Shown one piece after another: positions 30,685-40,098 of a stretch of DNA of 64,000 bases. The DNA is from an uncultured Candidatus Saccharibacteria bacterium (lineage in GTDB: Bacteria > Patescibacteriota > Minisyncoccia > Portnoybacterales > UBA2143). How positions within the stretch are numbered: position 1 is the stretch's first letter; every line of letters begins with the position of its first letter. A program made the position numbers and the translations under genes. Where the stretch lies: assembly GCA_964403725.1 (NCBI GenBank), contig CAYOHI010000005.1:3368-67367 (forward strand), in the 5' to 3' direction. A model generated the notes under the pieces. That model was given only the letters and a program-made list of their open reading frames with translations. It ran no database searches and was not told where the DNA came from.

Positions 30685-31149
30685 TTATTTTATGCCCATA
30701 ATTTTGTATTTAACTTTGCCTTTTGGTGTTTCCACCTCTATTATATCACCAATTTCCCTATCTAAAAAGGCCTTGCCCAAAGGAGATTCATTGGATATCT
30801 TTCCTTCCATTGGATCTGCTTCCTGGGATCCCACGATCATGAAGGTCTGCTTGCTCGAACCGTTGCTCATCATCTTCACTTCAATGACAGCTCCTACCTT
30901 GACTCTCTTCTGGCCTTTTCTGGCCGGTTTGAGAACAGCTGATTCCTTAATGATGGTATCCAGTTCCATAATCTTGCCTTCATTAAAAGATTGGGCTTCC
31001 TTAGCTGAAGTGTATTCTGCATTTTCACTTAAATCACCTAGTGATTTGGCTTCATCCAAACGCCTAGCAATCTCTTGTCGTTTGGTTGTCTGCCTATCTT
31101 TCAACTCTTTTTTGAGTTTCTCTAGGCCCTCTGGTGAAATATATTTCAT
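30685..31149 (-). CDS. greA: Transcription elongation factor GreA
   Basis: GDLSENAEY and ISNESPLGKA motifs. Confidence 0.97.
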   Translation of the reverse strand: MKYISPEGLEKLKKELKDRQTTKRQEIARRLDEAKSLGDLSENAEYTSAKEAQSFNEGKIMELDTIIKESAVLKPARKGQKRVKVGAVIEVKMMSNGSSKQTFMIVGSQEADPMEGKISNESPLGKAFLDREIGDIIEVETPKGKVKYKIMGIK

Positions 31150-31209
31150 ATATTTTGTTTTTTGTAACCATGAATGTTTAAGAAATTAAACATTTAAGCC
31201 ACTTGTTAT

Positions 31210-33141
31210 TTAATTTTTTTCTTTGAAATACCAATTTAAGATTTGTTTGGCTGTAGGTACAGCCGCTTCATGTCCTTCGCCTCCGGCTTCTACCAGGACG
31301 ACGATGGCGATCTCTGGACTGTCATACGGCGCGTAGCCGATAAACCAGGAATGCGTTTCTCCTTGGTTTCCGAATTGGGCTGTTCCTGTCTTGCCGGCCG
31401 CTTTGACTGGCAGACTGGATAAGGATCTGGCTGAGCCGCTGATGACTGCTTCCCGCATGCCTTTTTGAACCATTTCAATGTTTGAAGGTGAAACGAAGTC
31501 TTGGTTAGCTGCCTGACTAGGGACATCTTTAACCAAACGGCCGTCTGTGTCAATGATTTTATCAATAATTTGGGGTTGATACAAGGTACCCCCGTTGGCG
31601 ATACTGGCTGCAGCCGAGGCCATCTGCAATGGAGTCACTAGGATATCTCCTTGGCCGATTGACAGATGATACGTATCACCCAAATACCATTCTTCATCTT
31701 TGTTCTCTTCTTTCCATTGCTTGTCTGGAATCAGTCCTTCTTCTTCATGGGGCAGATCAATGCCGGTAGCTTTGCCTAATCCGAATTTTGACAGATATTC
31801 CTTGATCCTATCGATCCCCAGCCCCTCTATGTTGTTATGCCCGCCGCCCACGGCATAGAAGAAGACATTGCAAGATTCAGCAATGGCGTGGATGACATCA
31901 GCCGAGCCGTGCGTTTTCCAGTCAGGAAAACGGTAAACAATCTCTGGATTATACTTATTATATATATTAATCACTCCTGGGCAGCTGACTTGCTGATAAG
32001 GACCCACAATATTCTCTTCCAGAGCAGCGGCAGCGATAAGGGGCTTGATGATTGAGCCTGATGGATATTGGCCTGACAAGGCCCTGTTTAGAAAAGGCTC
32101 GCTTGGATCGCTCTCCAGATCCTCTAAGTCGCTTTTTGAAATCCCTGAAGCAAACATATTGTTATCAAAGCTAGGTAGACTGACCAGAGCCAGTATTCCT
32201 CCGTTCCTCGGATCGATAGCTACGGCTGTAGCCTTCCTTTTCCTAGGATAGCCTAATTTCTTTAAAGTTTCACTTAAGCTGTCATACAGCTGGATCTGCA
32301 ATTCTTTGTTAACATGCAGAACCATGCCAAGTCCGGGACTTGCCGGCTTATCGGCCAGCAAGCGATGTGTCTTACCCAAAGAATCGACTTCAATCTGCTC
32401 TTGTCCAGGCTCTCCCCTCAGGATATCTTCATAGGAACACTCTAATCCGTCTTTGCCAATCTGGTCATTGAGCCAATAGTCCGGATTGTCCTTTAGATCT
32501 GACTGGTCGACTTGTCCGGTATAGCCGAGAATATGGGAGAAATATGGGCCAGAGACATATTGGCGCTGAGCATTCTTTTCCAAACGGATGCCGGGCCATT
32601 CGCCAACCAGAGTCTCTAAAACCAAAGCTGAAGACCTTTCAATTCCCTTGACTAGAGTCGCCTGACTGACCTCTCCCTTGGCCTCCTCTATTACATCCGT
32701 CAACTCTTCATTCTCTTTGCTCAATATTTCAGCTGTCGTATCAAGGATTTCTTTCTGCAGCTCTTCCGTGTTGTCAAAAAAATCATTCAAGCTTATGACC
32801 AAGTCAAAACTGGGAATATTGTAAACCAAGGGCTTTAATTCCTTATCATAGATGATGCCCCGGGGAGCGCTGATAGGATATATTCTCAAGCGGTTGCCTT
32901 GAGACAGGTCATGATAGTAGCTTCCCTTGACGACTTGCAGGTAGCCGGCCCGGCAGAATAGGGCGAAAAGACAGAGAGTGATGAAAGCAAAGAAAATTAT
33001 GAAGTTACGCGATTTGATGGGCTGTTCCAGTTTGCCTTTTTCTTCCATGGAACGGACTGCTTGGGCATCCAAAAAGATCTCCTCCGCTTCAATGCTTTCC
33101 CGATTGACATGCTTAACGAAATATTTTTTTAATCCCAACAT
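31210..33141 (-). CDS. mrdA: Penicillin-binding protein 2
   Basis: APRGIIYD, GSIIK (SxxK), SCN (SxN) and KTGTAQ motifs; follows mreCD. Confidence 0.95.
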   Translation of the reverse strand: MLGLKKYFVKHVNRESIEAEEIFLDAQAVRSMEEKGKLEQPIKSRNFIIFFAFITLCLFALFCRAGYLQVVKGSYYHDLSQGNRLRIYPISAPRGIIYDKELKPLVYNIPSFDLVISLNDFFDNTEELQKEILDTTAEILSKENEELTDVIEEAKGEVSQATLVKGIERSSALVLETLVGEWPGIRLEKNAQRQYVSGPYFSHILGYTGQVDQSDLKDNPDYWLNDQIGKDGLECSYEDILRGEPGQEQIEVDSLGKTHRLLADKPASPGLGMVLHVNKELQIQLYDSLSETLKKLGYPRKRKATAVAIDPRNGGILALVSLPSFDNNMFASGISKSDLEDLESDPSEPFLNRALSGQYPSGSIIKPLIAAAALEENIVGPYQQVSCPGVINIYNKYNPEIVYRFPDWKTHGSADVIHAIAESCNVFFYAVGGGHNNIEGLGIDRIKEYLSKFGLGKATGIDLPHEEEGLIPDKQWKEENKDEEWYLGDTYHLSIGQGDILVTPLQMASAAASIANGGTLYQPQIIDKIIDTDGRLVKDVPSQAANQDFVSPSNIEMVQKGMREAVISGSARSLSSLPVKAAGKTGTAQFGNQGETHSWFIGYAPYDSPEIAIVVLVEAGGEGHEAAVPTAKQILNWYFKEKN

Positions 33142-33589
33142 AGAGAATGGAAGAAATTAATAGATTGTATCCGACTTCTATTAATAGATGCTTAAAATTA
33201 AAGAATATATCAAATTGGAAAACCTTGCCTAGGCCAAATACTAGGAGGGCGTAAGCCAGGGTGCCTAGGATAACGAGGCTGTTCATTGTCCAGAACTTGA
33301 CCCCGGAGAAAATACTTCGATTGAAGCTATGGATCAGATACGCAGTTGTGACCAGGGCAAGGCTGGCTAATCCGAAAGGTAAACCCAAAAACAAATCGGC
33401 AAACAAGCCAGTCAGAAGCATCATCCACCAGACGCGCTCAAATCTTTTCAAGATTACCAGGAATAGGGATAGGATCAGGATTAAATTAGGCCCTGCTCCC
33501 CAAATGTCCATAAAAGGAATCAGAGTAGTCTGAAGAATGACTGAGAATATTAGGATGATAATAGCTAAGATCTTCTTAACGGCGCTCAT
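33113..33589 (-). CDS. mreD: Rod shape-determining protein MreD
   Basis: Polytopic membrane protein with PNLILI and GLFADLF; between mreC and mrdA. Confidence 0.85.
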   Translation of the reverse strand: MSAVKKILAIIILIFSVILQTTLIPFMDIWGAGPNLILILSLFLVILKRFERVWWMMLLTGLFADLFLGLPFGLASLALVTTAYLIHSFNRSIFSGVKFWTMNSLVILGTLAYALLVFGLGKVFQFDIFFNFKHLLIEVGYNLLISSILYVGIKKIFR

Positions 33590-33591
33590 GA

Positions 33592-34386
33592 TTAATCCTT
33601 AATTACGAAAACTTTTATTAATTGATTGAAATTGACAGCTGGCTTTAGCCTGGCCATCTGGGAAATCTGGACATCTGAAGATATGATTTCTTCAATCTGG
33701 CCGATCAGTAAGCCGCCAGGCAAAAAACCGGCTAATCCTGAACTGATTACCAGCTGACCTTCCTCAATGGATTCACTTTGGGGCAACAGATCGATAATTA
33801 GGCCTTCGCCTTTTTCTCCCTTAACTAATCCTGTTATGGATGATTCCTGAATCAAGGCATTGACCCTAGCGCTCGAATCAACAATTGCCTGGACTTTAGA
33901 AAATGATCTGTTAACTTCTGTTACCTGGCCTACCAGAAGATTGCCGGCAGCAATGACGACTGATTTTTCTTTAATTCCATCCCTGTATCCCTTGTTAATT
34001 AAGAAATATCTCCTTAAGTCCGATGAATCCTGACCAACAATATTGGCCATGATCAATTCTTCCGGCTGATTTTCAGTCACGCTGATCTGCTGGCGAAGCA
34101 GCCCATTCTCACGGGCCACTTCATTTAACTGGCTCAATTCGCCCAAAAGCCTTTGGTTTTCTTCCTTCAGCTCATTATTCTGATTCTCTAGCTCATTAAC
34201 TGAAGAAAGAAAGTCAAAGAACCTATTAACTTGAAAAGAAACCCGGTAAGAAAGTTCTTCTCCGGGTGTAATGACAGAATACAAAATATTTTTTATCGGA
34301 TTAAGCCATCCTTGAGTATTGAATACGATAAGGGAACCGATAATCAGAAGGGATAAGACAAAAGGATGTGAAAAAATCTTTTTCAT
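33592..34386 (-). CDS. mreC: Rod shape-determining protein MreC
   Basis: Coiled coil (EN..L..EN), INKG..DGI, LVGQV and SSGL.G..P.GL.IG motifs. Confidence 0.93.
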   Translation of the reverse strand: MKKIFSHPFVLSLLIIGSLIVFNTQGWLNPIKNILYSVITPGEELSYRVSFQVNRFFDFLSSVNELENQNNELKEENQRLLGELSQLNEVARENGLLRQQISVTENQPEELIMANIVGQDSSDLRRYFLINKGYRDGIKEKSVVIAAGNLLVGQVTEVNRSFSKVQAIVDSSARVNALIQESSITGLVKGEKGEGLIIDLLPQSESIEEGQLVISSGLAGFLPGGLLIGQIEEIISSDVQISQMARLKPAVNFNQLIKVFVIKD

Positions 34387-34479
34387 GTGACCATTTTAAC
34401 AGAAAAACAAAAACCTGACAATCAAAGCAGACCGCCAGGCTTATGCGCCTGTTTTAAGTCAAACAATTAAGCTTGTATC

Positions 34480-34746
34480 TTACATTCCAGAACCATCTGC
34501 CGGCTTATTTTCCTCAGCAACTGGAGCCTCAGGCTCAACTGCCGGAGCTTCAGGTGCAGCTGGGGCTTCTGGGGCAGCTGGCGTTTCCGGAGAGACCGGA
34601 GCTTCAGGCATTTCGGGAGCAGCTGGAGCAACTGGAGTTTCTGGCATATCAGCAGCAACTGATGAACCGCTATCTTTTTTTCCAGACATCATCCAGAAAG
34701 CTAAGCCTCCGATGACTACTACAGCGATAATGATTATCCACCACAT
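34480..34746 (-). CDS. Small single-TM protein with Pro/Ala/Glu-rich repetitive tail
   Basis: MWWIIIIAVVV... followed by PEAPAA repeats; SD AAGGAG. Confidence 0.75.
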   Translation of the reverse strand: MWWIIIIAVVVIGGLAFWMMSGKKDSGSSVAADMPETPVAPAAPEMPEAPVSPETPAAPEAPAAPEAPAVEPEAPVAEENKPADGSGM

Positions 34747-34843
34747 AAGTTAATCTCCTTTCTTCCCGTTAAAAACGAGAACTACTTATTAAGTTAATTC
34801 TAACACACCATTTGCAAAACAAAAAATATCAATTGTGGATAAG

Positions 34844-35521
34844 CTAAATTTTAGATCTGATGACTAAATATGGGAATTTAATGACCGCGTTATACATCCT
34901 TTTCACCCGCCAAGGCTGGCAGATCAGTCGCCAAAGCCATTCCAGTCCAATTTTTCTTACTGATTTGGGCGCTCTTTTGACTTTTCCTGAAATGAAATCA
35001 AAAGAGCCGCCTACTCCCATAGCCAGTCTGACTGAAGGAAGCTTGCTCAAATTATTTCTAATCCATTTTTCCTGCTTGGGAGCCCCTAGGGCTACGAAAA
35101 GAATCTCTGGCTGGCCTGAAACTTCTTCATGGCCTGATGAGATCTTTAAATCCGGATATTTTTCTTTCAATTTTTCAGCTGCTTTGTCTGAAATTCCCAT
35201 CTCAGCACCCATTAAAAAAACTGACCATTCTTTTTGGGCAGCTTGCTTGCAGATCTTATCCATCAGATCGACTCCCTGGATTCTTTCCTTTATCGGTTCT
35301 CTTAAGAATATTGAGGCATAAGTGAGACCGACTCCGTCAGGCACGCAAATATCGGCAGAGTTAAGGATTCTCTTAAAATCCTCATCTTTCTGGGCTTTGA
35401 CTAAGAATTCCGGATTAGGCGTGGTCAGATAGTGCTGGTCGCTGCTCTTTAAAAAGCCATTCACTTTCTCAAGGATTTCTCTTTTATTTAAATTATCGAT
35501 TTTTACATCTAATATCTTCAT
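34844..35521 (-). CDS. WecB/TagA/CpsF family glycosyltransferase
   Basis: TPNPE, PDGVG, GAPKQEKW, GVGGSFDF, RAP and GLEWLWRL motifs; likely start MKILDVKID at 35521. Confidence 0.95.
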   Translation of the reverse strand: MKILDVKIDNLNKREILEKVNGFLKSSDQHYLTTPNPEFLVKAQKDEDFKRILNSADICVPDGVGLTYASIFLREPIKERIQGVDLMDKICKQAAQKEWSVFLMGAEMGISDKAAEKLKEKYPDLKISSGHEEVSGQPEILFVALGAPKQEKWIRNNLSKLPSVRLAMGVGGSFDFISGKVKRAPKSVRKIGLEWLWRLICQPWRVKRMYNAVIKFPYLVIRSKI

Positions 35522-35536
35522 TCTTTCTTGTTTATA

Positions 35537-35615
35537 AAATAAAACTCCGCGGGGCACGAAGCGACGCGGAGGGAGTTAACCACTAAAGCATATCAAAATA
35601 TAAGTCGCTTGGCAA
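35537..35615 (-). promoter_or_regulatory. Promoter followed by a short GC-rich terminated leader upstream of the TagA-family gene
   Basis: Minus-strand TTGCCA-N17-TATGCT (35615-35587), then CTCCGCG/CGCGGAG hairpin and TTTTATTTT. Confidence 0.55.
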
Positions 35616-35616
35616 G

Positions 35617-36009
35617 CTATTTTATTTTTTTCCACTCTCTAACAATAGTTGCCATCAAATAAGCATCATTAGTTCCATAAAGAATACATTTGAGTACTTT
35701 AAAAGATTTCTTAATATCTATTCTATCAAGTTTTCCTAGAGGCTGTTTATTGCTTAGGTCATGTATAGAATTCGTATCTCTACGATTAAAACAAATATAA
35801 CTATCTTTACTAAAGCACCGATATTTATCCTTAGATAGAACCACGGAAAATTGAAAAGTTTTCTTAGAGGTAATCACAGAACACAATAGATTATGTTCAT
35901 AATTCATAATCGCTGGAGGTAGCAAAACCAGAGCAAAGTGTGGAGCTGATTTATTTGTATCAGTAAAAAAATATTTCTTAAAATGCAAAATGTTAGCAAT
36001 ATTATACAT
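35617..36009 (-). CDS. Putative toxin, PemK/MazF-like
   Basis: PHFALVL...CSVITSK...DSYICF...LGKL pattern; directly downstream of a Panacea-like gene. Confidence 0.55.
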   Translation of the reverse strand: MYNIANILHFKKYFFTDTNKSAPHFALVLLPPAIMNYEHNLLCSVITSKKTFQFSVVLSKDKYRCFSKDSYICFNRRDTNSIHDLSNKQPLGKLDRIDIKKSFKVLKCILYGTNDAYLMATIVREWKKIK

Positions 36010-36011
36010 TT

Positions 36012-36542
36012 TTAGCCAGCAACCAAATCAACTATATCTTCATCTAAAGGAATTAAACTAAAATCTAGTTGATGTCCTTTTAAAACACCTCTTTTGCCTT
36101 TCTTCTCTTCTTTTTGTATATCTTTCATCGGCTCAGTATCATAAGCTATCTTTTTAAGATTAGTAATTGTTAGATACATATATGATTCAAGAATACTATT
36201 AATGAACAGTTTTTCTGATTCCTCAAGATTAAAATTCTTAATATTCTTTTTCAAAGAAATACAATGCCTAGCATAGGGATAATTTTGCTTTTTAACTTCT
36301 TTTATTTCTATGAATTTATTTTCTAAATCAGATAATGCATTATAAATATCGATAGATATTGGCCCATTTTTATCTCGGACAAAAGAGACATTAGAATCGA
36401 AAAAAGTCTTACCAGTAAATTTATAAGACTCAACCTCCAATAAGTAAAGCAGCTTGAACAGCTCAATCTTGGAAAGATTATCTTTCTCTTTTTGCTTTGC
36501 TCTAGTTAATAAGTATAAAATTATACTCTCTATCCTAGTCAT
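36012..36542 (-). CDS. Panacea/SocA (DUF4065) antitoxin-like protein
   Basis: LFKLLYLLE, GP.S.DI and L...AY.TEPM motifs. Confidence 0.8.
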   Translation of the reverse strand: MTRIESIILYLLTRAKQKEKDNLSKIELFKLLYLLEVESYKFTGKTFFDSNVSFVRDKNGPISIDIYNALSDLENKFIEIKEVKKQNYPYARHCISLKKNIKNFNLEESEKLFINSILESYMYLTITNLKKIAYDTEPMKDIQKEEKKGKRGVLKGHQLDFSLIPLDEDIVDLVAG

Positions 36543-36595
36543 AAACTAAACTTTTATACGGATATTATAACAAAAAAAATAGAAATAGGCAACAA

Positions 36596-37162
36596 CTACA
36601 TTCCCAGTTCAATTGATTCTAAAACGGAATATTCAGCCCCACCTCTTGATAAGCGGCTTTCCATAACCTTGATTTCCTCAACAGGTATGATAAAGGAAAC
36701 TTCTTTTTTAATCTTTGGCTGTTCTGCTAATTCTTTCCATTCGCTCTGCTTGATTCTAGCTAAGGTAATATGGGGATTAAAAGCCTTTTCTATCTTACTA
36801 TTAAAGCCGCTGCCGCTTGAATTGAGCAGAGTGCCTTCTAGATTGCCTCTTAATCTGGCAAGTTCATCGCTTTTTTCGCCTGCCAGCCAGATCATCCTGG
36901 GCGGCCGTCCTGGCGGACCGAAAAGAATTTGCTTGAATTTAATTTCAAAAGGATTATGTTCTCCTCCGACTTGTTTTGCCAGATTGCAAACTTCCAGCAT
37001 TTCATCATCGCTAACATAGCCGATGAAGACCAGGGTAATATGGAGATTATTCTTCCTGATCCAGCGCACTGGCAAATCAAACCATTTTTCCTGGAATGAT
37101 ACTAGTTTCTTCTTAACCTTATCAGGCAGGTCTATGGCAATAAAGAGGCGTCTTCTGTTCAT
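36596..37162 (-). CDS. thpR: RNA 2',3'-cyclic phosphodiesterase (2H family)
   Basis: RLFIAI plus two HITL motifs (LHITLVFIG, FNPHITLAR); likely start 37162. Confidence 0.93.
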   Translation of the reverse strand: MNRRRLFIAIDLPDKVKKKLVSFQEKWFDLPVRWIRKNNLHITLVFIGYVSDDEMLEVCNLAKQVGGEHNPFEIKFKQILFGPPGRPPRMIWLAGEKSDELARLRGNLEGTLLNSSGSGFNSKIEKAFNPHITLARIKQSEWKELAEQPKIKKEVSFIIPVEEIKVMESRLSRGGAEYSVLESIELGM

Positions 37163-37204
37163 ACTTGAAGTATAGCAGAAGGGATGTATAATGGAAATAG
37201 AGAT

Positions 37205-37642
37205 ATGCCAAAGAAAAAACAAACAAAAAAAGAAACGGATATCCAGAAAGTAGTCAATTACTACTTCAAGACCAAAGGCCTGGACATCACTGAATTAAAG
37301 CGTGATATTAAAAAGAAAAAAATTGTCTATTCCCGCTACGTTCGCCCAGCCAAGCAGCTATTGGAACTGGCTGGATCCCTGCGCGAGGCAAAAAAAGCCA
37401 TCACTAAGGTATCCAAATGGGCCAAATCAAGGAATCTGGACTATGCTATTGAAACCGTCTTTAAAAAATGGTTAGAATTAGACAAGCTTAAGCCGAAAGA
37501 AGTCGTCAAGAAGCCGTTTTTCAGAGGAGACCATATGGTCTGGTCTCAAAGCAGAAAGAAATGGTTTGTCATTACTGAGGATGATGAATGGAAGGAATTT
37601 GCCGGCAAGGAAGAGGACATTGAATGGAAGGTGGTGAAATAG
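37205..37642 (+). CDS. Conserved-looking basic hypothetical protein
   Basis: Open frame with Trp-rich motifs (LDYAIETVFKKWLE); -10 TATAAT upstream. Confidence 0.8.
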   Translation: MPKKKQTKKETDIQKVVNYYFKTKGLDITELKRDIKKKKIVYSRYVRPAKQLLELAGSLREAKKAITKVSKWAKSRNLDYAIETVFKKWLELDKLKPKEVVKKPFFRGDHMVWSQSRKKWFVITEDDEWKEFAGKEEDIEWKVVK

Positions 37643-37700
37643 GAAATCCCTGTCGCCTTTTAGACAACAGGGATCTGTTAAACGAAATTTGTGATCGGCT

Positions 37701-37967
37701 TTAGATTTCATACGCGTAAGCCTTTCCGGTTAAAGCGTTGAAAAGCATCCAGCCGATCAAAGCAACTATTGCTGGCAACCAGCCGACCAGCATCATAATA
37801 ATCTGGACTGTAATTACCAGCCGGTACCACGATTTCCTGTCTCTTCGACAGTCCCTGTACCCAGCGATAAAGTAATCTTTCCAGTTTAGCCGTACCACAC
37901 CAATGCCAGCATTAATGTAGATACAAACCAGATAAGCGATTGCCGAGATGATAATAATCCTGATCAT
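37701..37967 (-). CDS. Small two-TM hypothetical protein
   Basis: SD AAGGGGGAG before ATG at 37967; hairpin atccctgt/acagggat at 37646-37674 downstream. Confidence 0.6.
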   Translation of the reverse strand: MIRIIIISAIAYLVCIYINAGIGVVRLNWKDYFIAGYRDCRRDRKSWYRLVITVQIIMMLVGWLPAIVALIGWMLFNALTGKAYAYEI

Positions 37968-37986
37968 AACTCCCCCTTTCAAGTTA

Positions 37987-38211
37987 TTAATCCAGCGTTT
38001 CCACCCTTACCCGATTTTTCCTGACTACAGAAAACAAACTCCACAGAATAATCAAGAACCAGAACAGAGTCCAGATAAGAAGCCACTTCCGGGCGTTCCA
38101 GACAGTTTTCCCAGACCGACATTTCAGACGAGAGCCTTCAGATCTCAAACCTAAGTAAAAACCAATCAGGCAAGAGACAATGACAATCACCCATAAATTA
38201 TCCAATATCAT
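37987..38211 (-). CDS. Small two-TM hypothetical protein
   Basis: SD GGGAGGAG; two hydrophobic helices. Confidence 0.6.
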   Translation of the reverse strand: MILDNLWVIVIVSCLIGFYLGLRSEGSRLKCRSGKTVWNARKWLLIWTLFWFLIILWSLFSVVRKNRVRVETLD

Positions 38212-38229
38212 AATCTCCTCCCAAAAAAT

Positions 38230-38673
38230 ATGTTAAAGATTGAACAAGGTGCTAATAATCAAATATTACGCAAAAAAGCTGACAAAGTCAAAGAGATTAC
38301 ACCTGAAATTAAGAGGCTCGTTTTAGATATGGTCAAGACAATCGAGAATGATTCAAACAGCATTGGCTTGGCTGCTCCCCAAATTGGACATTCATTGCGC
38401 ATTATCATTGTCAGACCATCATTAAATGAAAAGCCTCTGGTTCTAATCAACCCTGAAATTAAAAGGAAATCTTTCTTAAAAGAAACAGTTGAGGAAGGAT
38501 GCTTGAGCCTGCCTGAATTCTCTGTCTTAGTCAAAAGGCATAAAAGCATCACTGTCGAAGCCTTGAATATCGATGGCCAATTGATGAGAATCAAAACCAA
38601 AGGCCTACTAGCCAGGATTATCCAGCATGAAATCGACCATTTAGACGGAATCCTAATTTGCGATTATGAATAA
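38230..38673 (+). CDS. def: Peptide deformylase
   Basis: GLAAPQIG, EGCLS and QHEIDHLDG motifs. Confidence 0.97.
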   Translation: MLKIEQGANNQILRKKADKVKEITPEIKRLVLDMVKTIENDSNSIGLAAPQIGHSLRIIIVRPSLNEKPLVLINPEIKRKSFLKETVEEGCLSLPEFSVLVKRHKSITVEALNIDGQLMRIKTKGLLARIIQHEIDHLDGILICDYE

Positions 38674-39550
38674 GCCAAGACAAAAAATCATATTCATCGG
38701 CACATCTTCTTTTGCTCTACCAGCATTGGAAAAACTAATTGAAGACAATTACGTAATTTTAGCCGTGGTTACCGCGCCAGATAAGCCGGCTGGCCGCAAG
38801 CAGGAATTAACCATGTCACCTATCAAAGAGATGTCTTCGAAATATGGCTTAAACATTTTACAGCCAGAAGACATATTAGATATCAGAAAAGAAATCAAAG
38901 AATTGAAAGCAGATTTGATTGTTACTGCCTCTTACGGACAGATATTACCAGAAAATATCCTTAATATCCCCAAGAAAAGATCGATTAATCTGCATCCCTC
39001 CCTATTGCCGAAATACCGCGGACCTTCACCTATCCAAACAACCATCCTCAATGGCGACGAAAAGACTGGCGTCAGCATTATCCAGATGGATGAAAAAATG
39101 GACCATGGACCCATCATTGCCCAGCAAGAATCAGAAATCAATCCTGATGACACCTATCAGAGCTTGGAAATCAGATTAGCTGAACAATCAGCTGACCTAT
39201 TGATCGAAATATTGCCAAGATACTTTAAGAATAAATTAGAGATTAAAGAACAAGACGAAAATCAATCAACCTATACTAAGATCTTAACTAGGGATGATGG
39301 CAAGATTGACTGGCAGAAAAGCGCCATAGAGATTGAAAGGCAGATACGGGGCCTTTATCCCTGGCCGGGCACTTGGACAGAATTAAACGGCCAGAGAATT
39401 AAGATTATCAAAGCCAAGGCAGTTGACCAGGAAAGCGAAACTACGGTCAAGACAAGGAATGGATACCTTTCCTTGGAATCAGTCCAGCCAGCTGGCAAAA
39501 AGTCAATGACTGGGGAAGAATTCCTGAGGGGATATGAATTCAAGGTCTAA
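38666..39550 (+). CDS. fmt: Methionyl-tRNA formyltransferase
   Basis: PDKPAGR, NLHPSLLPKYRGPSPI and MDHGP motifs. Confidence 0.97.
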   Translation: MNKPRQKIIFIGTSSFALPALEKLIEDNYVILAVVTAPDKPAGRKQELTMSPIKEMSSKYGLNILQPEDILDIRKEIKELKADLIVTASYGQILPENILNIPKKRSINLHPSLLPKYRGPSPIQTTILNGDEKTGVSIIQMDEKMDHGPIIAQQESEINPDDTYQSLEIRLAEQSADLLIEILPRYFKNKLEIKEQDENQSTYTKILTRDDGKIDWQKSAIEIERQIRGLYPWPGTWTELNGQRIKIIKAKAVDQESETTVKTRNGYLSLESVQPAGKKSMTGEEFLRGYEFKV

Positions 39551-39587
39551 TCTTGACCTATCTGCTTTTCTTTGATAGTCTAAGGAC

Positions 39588-40094
39588 ATGAATGAAGATA
39601 ATAAAAAATATCAAATAGTGATGGTCTTCCCCCCTATCCTTGAACCGAAAGAATTAGAACAGGAAATTAACAAGGTCAAGCAAATCATTGCCAGTTATCA
39701 AGGAACGTTTTCTGAAGAAAAGAATTCAGAACCACAGCTAAAAAAGCTATCTTATCCGATTAATAAATACGAAGAAGCCTTCTATTTAACCCTTAATTTC
39801 TCACTGCCTCCTCAGGAAATGGAAGAAGTTAACAAGCAGTTGAATCTGGAGGATAATCTCATTCGTTTCGTCATTACTGCATATGACGAAACAAAAGATA
39901 AGCCTGAACAGACTGTGGATTACAGCAAGATGGTTGAAAAGATAGAACCATTGGCTACTCCAAGAAAACCTAAACCAGAACCAGTCTTAAAAGCAAAAGA
40001 AGAGGCTCCTGAAAAGAAGAAGTCATCTGAAAAATCATCTAAAGCTGAAATAGAAGACTTAGATAAAAAATTAGAGGAAATATTAAACGATTAA
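39588..40094 (+). CDS. rpsF: 30S ribosomal protein S6 with long charged C-terminal extension
   Basis: KKLSYPINK...YL..NF...L.L...LIRF; rpsF-ssb-rpsR synteny. Confidence 0.9.
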   Translation: MNEDNKKYQIVMVFPPILEPKELEQEINKVKQIIASYQGTFSEEKNSEPQLKKLSYPINKYEEAFYLTLNFSLPPQEMEEVNKQLNLEDNLIRFVITAYDETKDKPEQTVDYSKMVEKIEPLATPRKPKPEPVLKAKEEAPEKKKSSEKSSKAEIEDLDKKLEEILND

Positions 40095-40098
40095 ATAT

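Noticed and set aside
34500-34650. GC-rich short repeats as a CRISPR or REP element
   Set aside because: They are explained by PEAPAA coding repeats in 34480..34746.
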